The translations under genes and the position numbers were made by a program. Source: Planctomycetales bacterium (GTDB lineage: Bacteria > 4484-113 > JAFGCY01). Taken from it: a DNA stretch of 32,000 bases. The stretch is taken from NCBI GenBank assembly GCA_022646745.1, contig CP060262.1, forward strand, positions 3,330,001 through 3,362,000. The letters run 5' to 3'. Within the stretch, counting starts at the first letter, position 1. Every line of letters begins with the position of its first letter. This document shows positions 6,942 through 15,793 of the stretch, in pieces. Below the pieces are notes generated by a model. It worked only from the letters and a program-made list of their open reading frames with translations, did no database searches and was not told the DNA's origin.

Positions 6942-7382
6942 TCAGCTGACCTCTATCTGCCTGATCTTGTCGCCGGCGAGGGCGACGGTGCTCGGGGCAA
7001 ATATGAAGATGTTCCTCGTCACTTCCCAGACGGTGCCGTCAACGGCCGCAACGACTCCGCAGAGGTAGTCCACCACCCTGCGGGCCTCGTCCATGTTCTT
7101 TGCGGCCAGATCATTCACGTCCAGTACCATCGCCTGGCGGGTCATCAGGTAGCCGGCATACTGCTTCAGGCTGAAGTTGCTGCCGCCGTTGTCATCCAGA
7201 GCCGGGCGCACGACGAACAGGGTCGCGTTCTCGGCATCGGGCATGCTGATGATCCGCTCAGCCTCTTTTCCAGATTCCACACTGGTGATGGCAGATGCCT
7301 CACCGGGATACTCGAGCATCGTTTCATGCTCGTGTTCATCCTCGGCGCCAAGCATGCGCCAAACCCCATTCAAGAAACTCAT
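6942..7382 (-). CDS. sepF: Cell division protein SepF
   Basis: 146 aa with a C-terminal DUF552-like core (LFVVRP...AMVLDVNDL...ARRVVDYLCGVVAAVDGTVWEV..NIFIFAP). It sits directly after ftsZ-yggS, and its ATG overlaps the yggS stop (ATGA). Confidence 0.8.
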   Translation of the reverse strand: MSFLNGVWRMLGAEDEHEHETMLEYPGEASAITSVESGKEAERIISMPDAENATLFVVRPALDDNGGSNFSLKQYAGYLMTRQAMVLDVNDLAAKNMDEARRVVDYLCGVVAAVDGTVWEVTRNIFIFAPSTVALAGDKIRQIEVS

Positions 7383-8101
7383 TTTCCCTCCAGCCCTGCA
7401 AAAAGGGCACTGCCAATCCGGATCATGTTCGAGCCTTCCACAAGAGCCAGACGGTAGTCATGGCTCATCCCCTGGGAGAGGACATCGAACGGCATAGCCG
7501 CCGGAAGTGACGCGGATATTCTATCAAACAGCGCCCTCATCTGTCCAAAGGATCGGGCTGTTTCACGTTCAAATTCAGCTTCAGTGGCAAATGACTGCGG
7601 ACCAGCTGGAATTGACATCAGGCCACGGATGAGCAGGCTTGGACATTCCTCCCTGATCCGTGAAATTGCCGATGCAGTTTCATCGATGGCAAAGCCGCTC
7701 TTCTGCTCTTCTGCTGAAATGTTGACCTGCAACAGCACTTCCATGCTGGAACCAGCATCCAACAGTTCCTGTTGCAGCTTAAGCGCCACCTTCATGCGGT
7801 CCAGCGCCTGGAACATGTCGAAGTTACCTGGCATCATCCCGACCTTACGGGACTGCTGGGGACCTATCAGGTGGCGGATGAAGCAGTATCCGCCGCTTGT
7901 TAGCTGCTTGAAGCGCTCTGCGGCAGTGGGAAGCAGGTTCTCCCCGAGCTCATCCGCACCGGCGTCCAGCAGCAGGCGTACATGGTGCAGTTCGGCGTAC
8001 TTGGTGACGCAGACAAGGCGCACCTTCCCGCCGGAGGCGAAACGGTCGATATCCTCGCGGACAGCCTGCAGGTTTGCCGCTATCCGCGAGGCATCTTTCA
8101 T
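7379..8101 (-). CDS. yggS: YggS-family pyridoxal-phosphate homeostasis protein
   Basis: VRLVCVTKY (PLP lysine), about 240 aa, at the conserved position downstream of ftsZ. ATG 8101 is preferred; TTG 8107 is an alternative. Confidence 0.85.
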   Translation of the reverse strand: MKDASRIAANLQAVREDIDRFASGGKVRLVCVTKYAELHHVRLLLDAGADELGENLLPTAAERFKQLTSGGYCFIRHLIGPQQSRKVGMMPGNFDMFQALDRMKVALKLQQELLDAGSSMEVLLQVNISAEEQKSGFAIDETASAISRIREECPSLLIRGLMSIPAGPQSFATEAEFERETARSFGQMRALFDRISASLPAAMPFDVLSQGMSHDYRLALVEGSNMIRIGSALFAGLEGK

Positions 8102-8110
8102 TGCCAATCG

Positions 8111-9298
8111 TTACTTCTTGATGCGACGCAGGAAGGCCGGGATGTCGAGGTCCTCATCGTCGTCCGCTGCACTCGAGGAAGCGGCTGAAGAGGAAGCACT
8201 GCTGCCCTCGGCGGACTTGCTCGGGCTGACCTTGCTGGAGCTGTCCTCGTAGATCAGCTTGACGGCAGGCGACTCAGGTTCCGGCTTCATCTTGTTGATC
8301 TTGGTGCTGCGCGGCTTGCTGCCGGCCTCGAAGGGCTCTATGCGAAAGCCGGTGGCGAGGATCATCACGCGCACGCGGTCACGCTTCTCCTCATCCATCG
8401 TGGCTCCGAAGATGATGTTGGCATCCTCGTCCACACGGTCGCTGATGAGCTCGGCGGCCTGGTTGACCTCCTGCAGGCTCATGTCGCGGCCGCCGATGAA
8501 GTTGATCAGCACGCCGCGGGCGCCGTCGATGCTGCTCTCCAGCAGCGGGGACTGGATCGCCTGATTGACGGCCTGCACGGCGCGGTTCTCTCCTGAGGCC
8601 TCACCGAGGCCGATCAGGGCGGTGCCGCTGTTCTCCATCACCATCTTCACGTCTGCGAAGTCCAGGTTGATCAGGCCGGGCTTGAGGATCAGTTCGCTGA
8701 TGCCGGTCACGGCCTGGCGCAGGATGTCGTCGGCCAGCAGGAAGCTGTCCTGCAGGCTGGTTGTCTCGGAAACGATGTCCAGCAGGCGGTCGTTGGGGAT
8801 CACGATCAGCGTGTCAACCTGTTCGCGCAGCTGGTTGATGCCCTCCATCGCCACCTTGCCGCGGCGACGGCCCTCGAACTTGAATGGGCGGGACACGATG
8901 CCGACGGTCAGTGCACCGGCCTCACGGGCGATGCTGGCCACGGTGGCACTGCCACCTGTACCGGTACCGCCACCCATTCCGCAGGTGACGAAAACGAGGT
9001 CGGAACCCTCGACGAGCTCAGCGATCTCCGCACGGCTCTCCTCGGCGGCCCGACGCCCGATCTCCGGGTTCGAGCCGGCACCTAGGCCCTTGGTCAGCTT
9101 CTGCCCAACCTGCACCTTGTGTGCGGCCTGGCTGCGTCCCAGCGCCTGGTAATCCGTATTGAGCGCGATGAAGTCCACGCCTTCAAGGCCGGATTCGATC
9201 ATGCGGTCCAGTGCATTGCAACCGCCGCCGCCGATACCGACGACCTTGATCCTGGCCTGCAGATCGTGCGACTTGTAGTCGATCGTCGTCACGTCCAT
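8111..9298 (-). CDS. ftsZ: Cell division GTPase FtsZ
   Basis: GIGGGGCNAL, tubulin signature GMGGGTGTGG, NTDYQAL, and C-terminal peptide DIPAFLRR. AGGAGG lies 5 nt upstream of ATG 9298; the ORF-track start of 9349 is probably an upstream in-frame extension. Confidence 0.95.
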   Translation of the reverse strand: MDVTTIDYKSHDLQARIKVVGIGGGGCNALDRMIESGLEGVDFIALNTDYQALGRSQAAHKVQVGQKLTKGLGAGSNPEIGRRAAEESRAEIAELVEGSDLVFVTCGMGGGTGTGGSATVASIAREAGALTVGIVSRPFKFEGRRRGKVAMEGINQLREQVDTLIVIPNDRLLDIVSETTSLQDSFLLADDILRQAVTGISELILKPGLINLDFADVKMVMENSGTALIGLGEASGENRAVQAVNQAIQSPLLESSIDGARGVLINFIGGRDMSLQEVNQAAELISDRVDEDANIIFGATMDEEKRDRVRVMILATGFRIEPFEAGSKPRSTKINKMKPEPESPAVKLIYEDSSSKVSPSKSAEGSSASSSAASSSAADDDEDLDIPAFLRRIKK

Positions 9299-9349
9299 CT
9301 GTTCCTCCTGAGAGTCCGAGAAAAGGTGCATGTCCATGCCCATCATCAC

Positions 9350-9379
9350 ATTATCAACAATTCAGGCACGAAATTTAAA
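9350..9379 (-). promoter_or_regulatory. Candidate ftsZ-proximal promoter in the AT-rich ftsA-ftsZ spacer
   Basis: On the minus strand: TTTAAA (9379-9374), 18-nt spacer, GATAAT (9355-9350). Confidence 0.3.
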
Positions 9380-9386
9380 ACACTAT

Positions 9387-10646
9387 CTAAGGTCTGCCTC
9401 CGCCTTTCACGCGTTTCATGAGACCCTGCACCATGTCGGTGAAGACACTCAGAACCTCATTGAACAGCGATTCATCACGGGTTTTTTTTTGCCCGCCGTA
9501 ACGGGCACCATACAGCAGCAGACCGAGGGTCGCGGCATAGCTTGGTGAGCGGTACTCGTCCAGCAGGTTCGCAATCCCGGTCGGGATACCTACGCGGACC
9601 TGCCGTTGCAGATGCTTCTGCAGGTACTTGCGCAGGTCTCGCAGCAGGCAGCCGCCGCCGACCATCACCACGCCTCCGCTGATGCGCTCCAGCTGTCCGC
9701 TTTCTCGCAGCGCTGTGATGATCTGCTCCACCAGTTCATCGGTGCGCGGCTGCAGGATCTCATACAGCTTGCGGCGCTTGATCTTGTCGTAGTCCGGCCG
9801 GCCGAAGAACTTCACGTCGATGAAGTCCTCCAGTTCATCACTGTCCTCATCGACCCAGGCCCGGCCGTAGCTCTTCTTGATACGCAGGGCCTCGTCAAAC
9901 GAGATCCCGAGGCCATGCTTGAGGTCGTTGTCGTAGTTGTTGCCACCAATGCCGATGCAGTGGCTGTAGCTCAGGGTGCCGCCGTTGTAGATGCCGACAT
10001 TCGTGGTGCCGCCACCGAAATCGATCAGGATGCAGCCTGCTGTCTTGTCCTCTGCGCTGAGCACTGCCTCACCGGCCGCGATCAGGTTGAACACGAAGCT
10101 GTTCACTTCGAGGTCTACCCTGTTAAGAGCACGCTCGATGTTGGCAATCTGGTTGGAGGAGCCGATCACGATGTGGCTCTCCACCTCCAGCTCGTTGCCG
10201 ATCATGCCCACAGGGCTACGCATGGTGCTCACGCCATCCAGCGAGTATTCACGCACCATGCTGTGCACGATGCGCTGGCCCTCGGCGAGGTCCGTCGGCA
10301 TCGTCAGGCGCATCACCTTATCCAGGTCGCGGTCCAGCACCTCGTCATTCTCGTTGGCAATGCTCACGGAAGCGCGACGCGAGACCGAGTACAGGTCCTT
10401 GCCCGTGATGCCGACGAACACCTCATTTGTCGCCAGTCCGGAGCTGTACATTGCACCGGAATAGCTCTTGTCGATGTCGTAGGTCGCCTGGTTCAGGTCA
10501 CGGATGGCACCGCGAATCACCGCCTCGGTCGGCACACTGGACAGGCCTCGCAGGATCAGGCCGCGCGAAGGATGGACCTCCCCGACCACCGAAGTGATCT
10601 TGGTTGACCCGATATCCATTCCTAGTATGATCCTGCTGTTTGCCAT
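9387..10646 (-). CDS. ftsA: Cell division protein FtsA (actin-like ATPase)
   Basis: GMDIGSTKI phosphate-1 motif, IDFGGGTT, VMVGGG, and a C-terminal amphipathic segment LFNEVLSVFTDMVQGLMKRV. Confidence 0.93.
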   Translation of the reverse strand: MANSRIILGMDIGSTKITSVVGEVHPSRGLILRGLSSVPTEAVIRGAIRDLNQATYDIDKSYSGAMYSSGLATNEVFVGITGKDLYSVSRRASVSIANENDEVLDRDLDKVMRLTMPTDLAEGQRIVHSMVREYSLDGVSTMRSPVGMIGNELEVESHIVIGSSNQIANIERALNRVDLEVNSFVFNLIAAGEAVLSAEDKTAGCILIDFGGGTTNVGIYNGGTLSYSHCIGIGGNNYDNDLKHGLGISFDEALRIKKSYGRAWVDEDSDELEDFIDVKFFGRPDYDKIKRRKLYEILQPRTDELVEQIITALRESGQLERISGGVVMVGGGCLLRDLRKYLQKHLQRQVRVGIPTGIANLLDEYRSPSYAATLGLLLYGARYGGQKKTRDESLFNEVLSVFTDMVQGLMKRVKGGGRP

Positions 10647-10685
10647 TTCCCGTCGTGCGCAAGTACGGCCCGAGGCCGTTAAAGA

Positions 10686-11501
10686 CTATTCGTGTCCTTT
10701 CGTCTTCAGGTAAGCAACCTTACCATTTCGTAGATCTATTGCCGTGGCGTCCTTGTATTCGTCACTTATCCGGATCGCCTTGGAAAGTGCGCTGATCCGG
10801 TGCCGCAGCTCCTCTTCCTCGCCCGGAGTGCCAAGCAGTACATCCAGCCCCCTGTCGGTACGCAGGGTGAAATCGCCGGAAGAGCTGACCCTGATACCGG
10901 TCACCCGGCGGTCCAGCATCTCATGGCACAGTCCGGATACAAGGATCAGCATGTCGGTCACAGCGTAGTCCGCATCGATGCCGCTGTCCTCCATGCTGAC
11001 AAGCGGCAGGGTATTCAGTTCCTCAAAGTGCCCTGCGGTGTCCTTCTCCGGATCCCGCAGCACCACTTCGCCGTCACTGCAGATCCAGTAGGCATTGCCG
11101 GCGATTTCAAGTGGCAGCAGCGGCATGCGCTCGTCAACGCTGAGCAGCATGCGGCGGCCCGTAAGCATCTTCGTGCTGTAGCCCTTGATCCAGCGGCTTT
11201 CACCTTCCGGCAGCTCCGTTGAACCAGGAAGCAGTATCGCGCTGTTGATCGCCTGCGGCATGTTGCTGACTTCAAGCACCTCGGCTGCGGCACTGAGCCT
11301 GTTGCCACGCAGGATGATGGTGCGGGGGTAAAGCAGTTCCTCGATGTCCGTTGTCAGCACCAGGCCCGTGCCAACGATGATCAGAGCTGCCAGTATCCCA
11401 AGGCTGCGCAGCAGCACGGCGCTGACAAGCGGGCGGCGCACACCGCGCACCTGTTCCAGCACTTCCGGCTTGAAGCCCAGCGTGATCCTGCCCTGGCTCA
11501 C
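10686..11501 (-). CDS. ftsQ: Cell division protein FtsQ/DivIB (single TM + POTRA-like region)
   Basis: N-terminal TM LGILAALIIVGTGLVL, about 270 aa, located between ddl and ftsA. GTG 11501 overlaps the ddl stop (GTGA). Domain assignment rests on position and topology rather than on a strong motif. Confidence 0.7.
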   Translation of the reverse strand: MSQGRITLGFKPEVLEQVRGVRRPLVSAVLLRSLGILAALIIVGTGLVLTTDIEELLYPRTIILRGNRLSAAAEVLEVSNMPQAINSAILLPGSTELPEGESRWIKGYSTKMLTGRRMLLSVDERMPLLPLEIAGNAYWICSDGEVVLRDPEKDTAGHFEELNTLPLVSMEDSGIDADYAVTDMLILVSGLCHEMLDRRVTGIRVSSSGDFTLRTDRGLDVLLGTPGEEEELRHRISALSKAIRISDEYKDATAIDLRNGKVAYLKTKGHE

Positions 11502-12583
11502 CGGCCGCCCCCTTCCCGCTCTTGCCGTTCCACGGCACACAGCATCAGGATCTCCAGCAGCTCGGCATAGTCAATCCCAACCGCCGCAGCCGCCATTGGC
11601 AACAGAGACAGTTCAGTGAAGCCCGGCAGGGTGTTTGCCTCGAGAAACCAGTGCTGCCCATCCTCATCCAGGATGAAGTCAATTCGGGCAAACGGTTCAA
11701 GTTCAAGCTCTCGGTAGATACTGCCAGCCGCAGTCCGTACCGTATCGGCGATGGCTTCGACAATCGGAGCTGGACACAGGTACTCCGAGGCACCCTTCGT
11801 GTACTTTGCACGGTAGTCGTAGAAACCCTCGCGGGGCCGGATCTCCACCACGGGAAGTCCGACCGGGTCCTCACGCAGCCCGATCCAGCCACATGTCAGC
11901 TCGCGGCCCGAAACGAACTGCTCAACCATCAGGTTGTCAATCCCGGCACAGATCCGGGCCGCCTCAGCCCAGCCGGCGTCGTCATTGTCAAAGATGGAGA
12001 CACCGACACTGCTGCCCTGGTCCACCGGCTTGGCAACGAGTTTCCTGATATCTGCAGGTACGCGCTGGCGGATCTCGCTCAGCACGGCCACATTACGCGA
12101 TGAGCCTGTCCACCACAAGGGTGTAGGGATATCGAGCGTCCTGGCGATGCGCTTCGTCAGCACCTTGTCCATTGCCACAGCACTGCCCTTCACGTCGGCA
12201 CTGATGAACGGCAGTCCCACCAGTCTCAGCAGGCCTTGCCAAGTACCGTTCTCTCCGAGGCTGCCATGCATCATCGTGAATACGACATCATGGCCCCCGA
12301 GTGTGGCGAGGCTGCTGTCAGCCTGCACATGTGTAGGAGTCTGGTCTGAAATGGGCTTACCGTCGCTGAGCGCCTTGAAGTAGTCGAGCGCAATCCCCTG
12401 CTCGCTGATGACGGCAAATGCGGTCCTGTATCCCCTCGATGCCAGGGCGGCAGCAACCGCATTCCCACTCTTGAGCGAGATCTCACGTTCGCTGCTTGAT
12501 CCTCCGGCAAGGACCAGTACGTTCATTCCGAGCAGTTCCTGACGGCGCGCGTTAAGCCGGGAGCGAACTTGCTCTAAGGACAA
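11498..12583 (-). CDS. ddl: D-alanine--D-alanine ligase
   Basis: VLAGGSSSEREISLKSG, ATP-grasp body, FLEANTLPGFT. TTG 12583 is preceded by GGAGGG (12594-12589) with 5-nt spacing. Confidence 0.9.
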   Translation of the reverse strand: MSLEQVRSRLNARRQELLGMNVLVLAGGSSSEREISLKSGNAVAAALASRGYRTAFAVISEQGIALDYFKALSDGKPISDQTPTHVQADSSLATLGGHDVVFTMMHGSLGENGTWQGLLRLVGLPFISADVKGSAVAMDKVLTKRIARTLDIPTPLWWTGSSRNVAVLSEIRQRVPADIRKLVAKPVDQGSSVGVSIFDNDDAGWAEAARICAGIDNLMVEQFVSGRELTCGWIGLREDPVGLPVVEIRPREGFYDYRAKYTKGASEYLCPAPIVEAIADTVRTAAGSIYRELELEPFARIDFILDEDGQHWFLEANTLPGFTELSLLPMAAAAVGIDYAELLEILMLCAVERQEREGGGR

Positions 12584-12588
12584 TTCAA

Positions 12589-12614
12589 CCCTCCAAAGGT
12601 CAGGCAGGATTATA
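12589..12614 (-). promoter_or_regulatory. Internal promoter (extended -10 TGcTATAAT) plus GGAGGG ribosome-binding site in front of ddl
   Basis: The minus strand reads ggTGcTATAATcctgcctgacctttGGAGGGttgaaTTG. The TATAAT is at 12614-12609. Confidence 0.45.
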
Positions 12615-12660
12615 GCACCAAGCTATTAAATGTGGATAGTTTGGGGATAAGTCGAGTGGA

Positions 12661-14130
12661 CTAGTTCTGATCGTCCATCAGGAAGCTGGCTTCGCTCATC
12701 TCCTGGGCGATGCGCTCGAGATCCACGCCGGACACCAGCTCCGCATCGCGGCGGGCAAAGGTCTCAGCCAGGCGGTAGCCGATAGTGTTGACTGTGCCGG
12801 CCCCGACCGTGAGCACGACATCACCGGGACGGCTGGAATCCACCACGTACTGGTATATCGCATCCAGGTCATCGATGCAGCGCAGCTTCATCTCGTCGTA
12901 CTTGGACTGGAAGAAGCGGTTGAGGTAGTCGAGACCAATGCCGGCCATCGGCTTCTCATTGGCGGTATAGATCGGTGCGAGGATGATCTCGTCCGCATTG
13001 ATGAAGGCCGGCGGGAACTGCTGGGCCAAGGCACGGCTGCGGGTGTAGCGGTGCGGCTGGAAGATCACGCGCAGGCGGCCCTTGAAGACCTCGCGAACGC
13101 TGCCCAGCAGGTTCTGGATCTCCGTCGGGTGATGGGCGTAGTCATCAATCACATGCACATTACCGGCATGCAGCATGTCATAACGGCGGTGGATACCCGG
13201 GAAGGTCTCCAGCCCGTAGCTGCAGGTGTCGGTCGTCACGCCGAGGCTGCGGCAGACCGCCAGCGAGCACAGCGCATTCTGCATGTTGTGGTCACCCGGG
13301 AAGCCCAGGTTGACCACGCCAAGCGGGCCTTCGGAACGATGGTGTACTTCAAAGGACAAGCCACCGTTATGCACCCGGCGGCGTACCGCCTGGTACTCGG
13401 CCTCGGGATGCGTGCCATAGGTGATCACGCGGCCCTTGAGCATCGGCATGATGGAACGTACGTTCTCATCGTCCAGGCAGACTACGCTGAAGCCGTCCCG
13501 TCCCGGACTGTTCAGGAATTCCACGAAGCTGCTCTTCAGGTTGGATAGCGAGCCGTGGAAATCCATGTGGTCATAATCAATGTTGGTCACCACGGCAACG
13601 TGGGGTGCGAAGCTGAGCATTGAGTTGTTGCTCTCGTCGCCCTCGCAGATGAACAGGTCGCTTTCACCGTGGCGGGCGGAGCCGATGCCGCGCTTGAGTA
13701 CGGATCCGATCACGAAGCTCGGATCAAGCTGGGCCGCCAGGGCAATGCTTGCAACCATCGAAGTGGTGGTGGACTTGCCATGGCTACCACTGATCACGAC
13801 GCTGCGCTTCTTCTTGGGGTCTGCGAGGTAGGCCATGAACTCGATGCGGGACAGCAGCGGCACGCCGTGCTGCTTGGCATAGCTCACTTCGGGGTTCTCA
13901 TCGGAGATCGCGGTGCTGCGAACAACCAGATCGGCGTGGCGCACATAACGTTCGTCATGTTCGTACCAGATCTGGGCCCCGGCATCCTCAAGCGCGCGCG
14001 TAACCTTGCTGCTCTGCTTGTCCGAACCGGTGACTTCGTACTTCATGTCCAGCATAAGGTGGGCGAGTGCGCTGACGCCAGCACCGCCTATGCCGATGAA
14101 GTGAATGCGTTTAGTTGATCTCTTCAGCAC
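12661..14130 (-). CDS. murC: UDP-N-acetylmuramate--L-alanine ligase
   Basis: IHFIGIGGAGVSALA, Mur ligase P-loop GSHGKSTTTSM, DDYAHHP. GTG start, with TATAAT (14150-14145) 14 nt upstream. Confidence 0.93.
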   Translation of the reverse strand: MLKRSTKRIHFIGIGGAGVSALAHLMLDMKYEVTGSDKQSSKVTRALEDAGAQIWYEHDERYVRHADLVVRSTAISDENPEVSYAKQHGVPLLSRIEFMAYLADPKKKRSVVISGSHGKSTTTSMVASIALAAQLDPSFVIGSVLKRGIGSARHGESDLFICEGDESNNSMLSFAPHVAVVTNIDYDHMDFHGSLSNLKSSFVEFLNSPGRDGFSVVCLDDENVRSIMPMLKGRVITYGTHPEAEYQAVRRRVHNGGLSFEVHHRSEGPLGVVNLGFPGDHNMQNALCSLAVCRSLGVTTDTCSYGLETFPGIHRRYDMLHAGNVHVIDDYAHHPTEIQNLLGSVREVFKGRLRVIFQPHRYTRSRALAQQFPPAFINADEIILAPIYTANEKPMAGIGLDYLNRFFQSKYDEMKLRCIDDLDAIYQYVVDSSRPGDVVLTVGAGTVNTIGYRLAETFARRDAELVSGVDLERIAQEMSEASFLMDDQN

Positions 14131-14257
14131 GCGAGTTGGGGGGGATTATAGCTGAGGTTTGTGGAAACCACCATACATTCCCCTTAAAAACCCGTGGTTT
14201 TTTCTTAAATTTTTTGCAAATGGACTGACATCCAGCGGTGCTATACTCAGCCCTATC

Positions 14258-15793
14258 ATGCGTGATTCCGGCAGGTACAGGCCATGGATCTGGCGACGGA
14301 TACTGCTGTCGGCACTTATCAGCGCCATAGTTCCAGTGACAGTGATCGCGATCCTGCTGTTCACACTATCCGATAACGGCGCAGTATTCACCACTGACCT
14401 GAGCAACAATGTCCGCCAGGAGCTGCAGGACCAGTTCCTGCTGTCCACTGAAGCCCAGGCGGACCAGATCAGCCAGCGACTGGTGAATATCGGCTACAAC
14501 GTGGAGTTACTGCGCGCCTATGCCAATGACCTGCTGACATCACAGGATGCCTACGCACAGGATCCCTGGCATGACCCCGCCAGCGGCAGCTCCGAGCATG
14601 CAGAGCCATCCGCTGGCAACACGGATGCCGGCACCGCATCGCCGGACAAGACAGGCGCTGATCCGGCCAAGCCGGTGCAATACCTTGAGAACCCCATTTA
14701 CTACAGCCAGGGTAGTGACGGGGCAATCCGCAAAATCATTGATGACAACGGGTCCGTGCTGTTCTTCCGCAAGCCGGAAACCAGCCGCGACTTTACCCGC
14801 TATGAAAGACAGAAGATGCAGGTCACTGCCAGGCTGGATTCCCTGCTGAAGGGACCGACCCGCTACGACCAGATGGTCTCGCATGCCTTCATCGTCACCT
14901 CCGACAGCATGCTGCGCGCATATCCCTTCATCGATGTGTCCGGCTGGCCGGCGGACAAGGACCTCACCAAGCCAGCAATGTATGCGTGGAGTCCGGAAAA
15001 GGCCAATGACCGTGGACTGGTCTGGACCTCGCCCTATGTCAGCCACCTGTCGGGCGAATGGGTCGTGGCCTGTCTGGGCCAGGTTGCCATCGGTGAAGGG
15101 GCCACACAGGTTGCAGTCGTGGGCTGCGAAGTGCGCGTCTCGCGCATGATGGATGAGCTGCTCAGCTTCAGCATCGGCCCGGGAGGCATCAGCTGGTTGC
15201 AGCGTACGGACGGCACCCTGCTCAGCGCGCAGACCAGTGCGGTGGACTACCTGCGCGTGATCCCGATTGGTAATGCTGAGCTGCCCTCTGAAAAGCATCC
15301 TGAGCAGGAAATTCGCGATGAGGCCAACATCGAGTCCAGAGGAAATGATGAGATGCTCAAGGTGCTGGCAGAGGTCGACAAGAGCCGCAGCAACGGCCGC
15401 GTCCTTGACCCGCCGAAGGAAGGGCGCTACTTCGTGATCACCCCAGTGGCCGGACTGGACTGGCTGCTGGCCGGCACGATCCAGAGCCGCAGTATTGCGC
15501 TGACCAACCGCCAGAAGGACGAACAGCTTGCAGTTTCTCAGCAGAAGTTCCTGATCGCCGGTGTCGGGCTGGTCATCGGATTGCTTATCGCCTTCCTGAT
15601 GGCGAGCCTCGAAGGCCGCCGCATCCTGTCTCCGATCCGCATAATGATCAGCAAGCTGCAGGACTTCCACCGCAGCGGAGGGACAATCACCGTGGCAATT
15701 GCCGATGAGGGTGAGATCGGCGAACTATCCAACTCAGTACAGGAAGTGGTTGACCGCTATTCACAGGAAGCGACAGGCGATAGCCCGGACTAG
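14258..15793 (+). CDS. Membrane protein with a periplasmic Cache-like sensor domain and a cytoplasmic HAMP domain, no output domain
   Basis: TM1 ILLSALISAIVPVTVIAILLF. This is followed by about 430 aa of extracytoplasmic region with a Cache-like pattern (WVVACLGQV...VVGCEVRVSRM), then TM2 FLIAGVGLVIGLLIAFLMASL. A HAMP-like segment (RILSPIRIMISKL...GEIGELSNSVQEVV) follows, and the protein ends. TATACT lies 10 nt upstream of ATG 14258. Confidence 0.6.
   Translation: MRDSGRYRPWIWRRILLSALISAIVPVTVIAILLFTLSDNGAVFTTDLSNNVRQELQDQFLLSTEAQADQISQRLVNIGYNVELLRAYANDLLTSQDAYAQDPWHDPASGSSEHAEPSAGNTDAGTASPDKTGADPAKPVQYLENPIYYSQGSDGAIRKIIDDNGSVLFFRKPETSRDFTRYERQKMQVTARLDSLLKGPTRYDQMVSHAFIVTSDSMLRAYPFIDVSGWPADKDLTKPAMYAWSPEKANDRGLVWTSPYVSHLSGEWVVACLGQVAIGEGATQVAVVGCEVRVSRMMDELLSFSIGPGGISWLQRTDGTLLSAQTSAVDYLRVIPIGNAELPSEKHPEQEIRDEANIESRGNDEMLKVLAEVDKSRSNGRVLDPPKEGRYFVITPVAGLDWLLAGTIQSRSIALTNRQKDEQLAVSQQKFLIAGVGLVIGLLIAFLMASLEGRRILSPIRIMISKLQDFHRSGGTITVAIADEGEIGELSNSVQEVVDRYSQEATGDSPD

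Noticed and set aside
14186-14202. AAAAACC-CGT-GGTTTTT hairpin with flanking A and T tracts that resembles a bidirectional terminator.
   Set aside because: It sits between divergently transcribed genes (murC and Cache-HAMP), where there is nothing to terminate. The stem has only two G-C pairs, so it is more likely just AT-rich promoter DNA.
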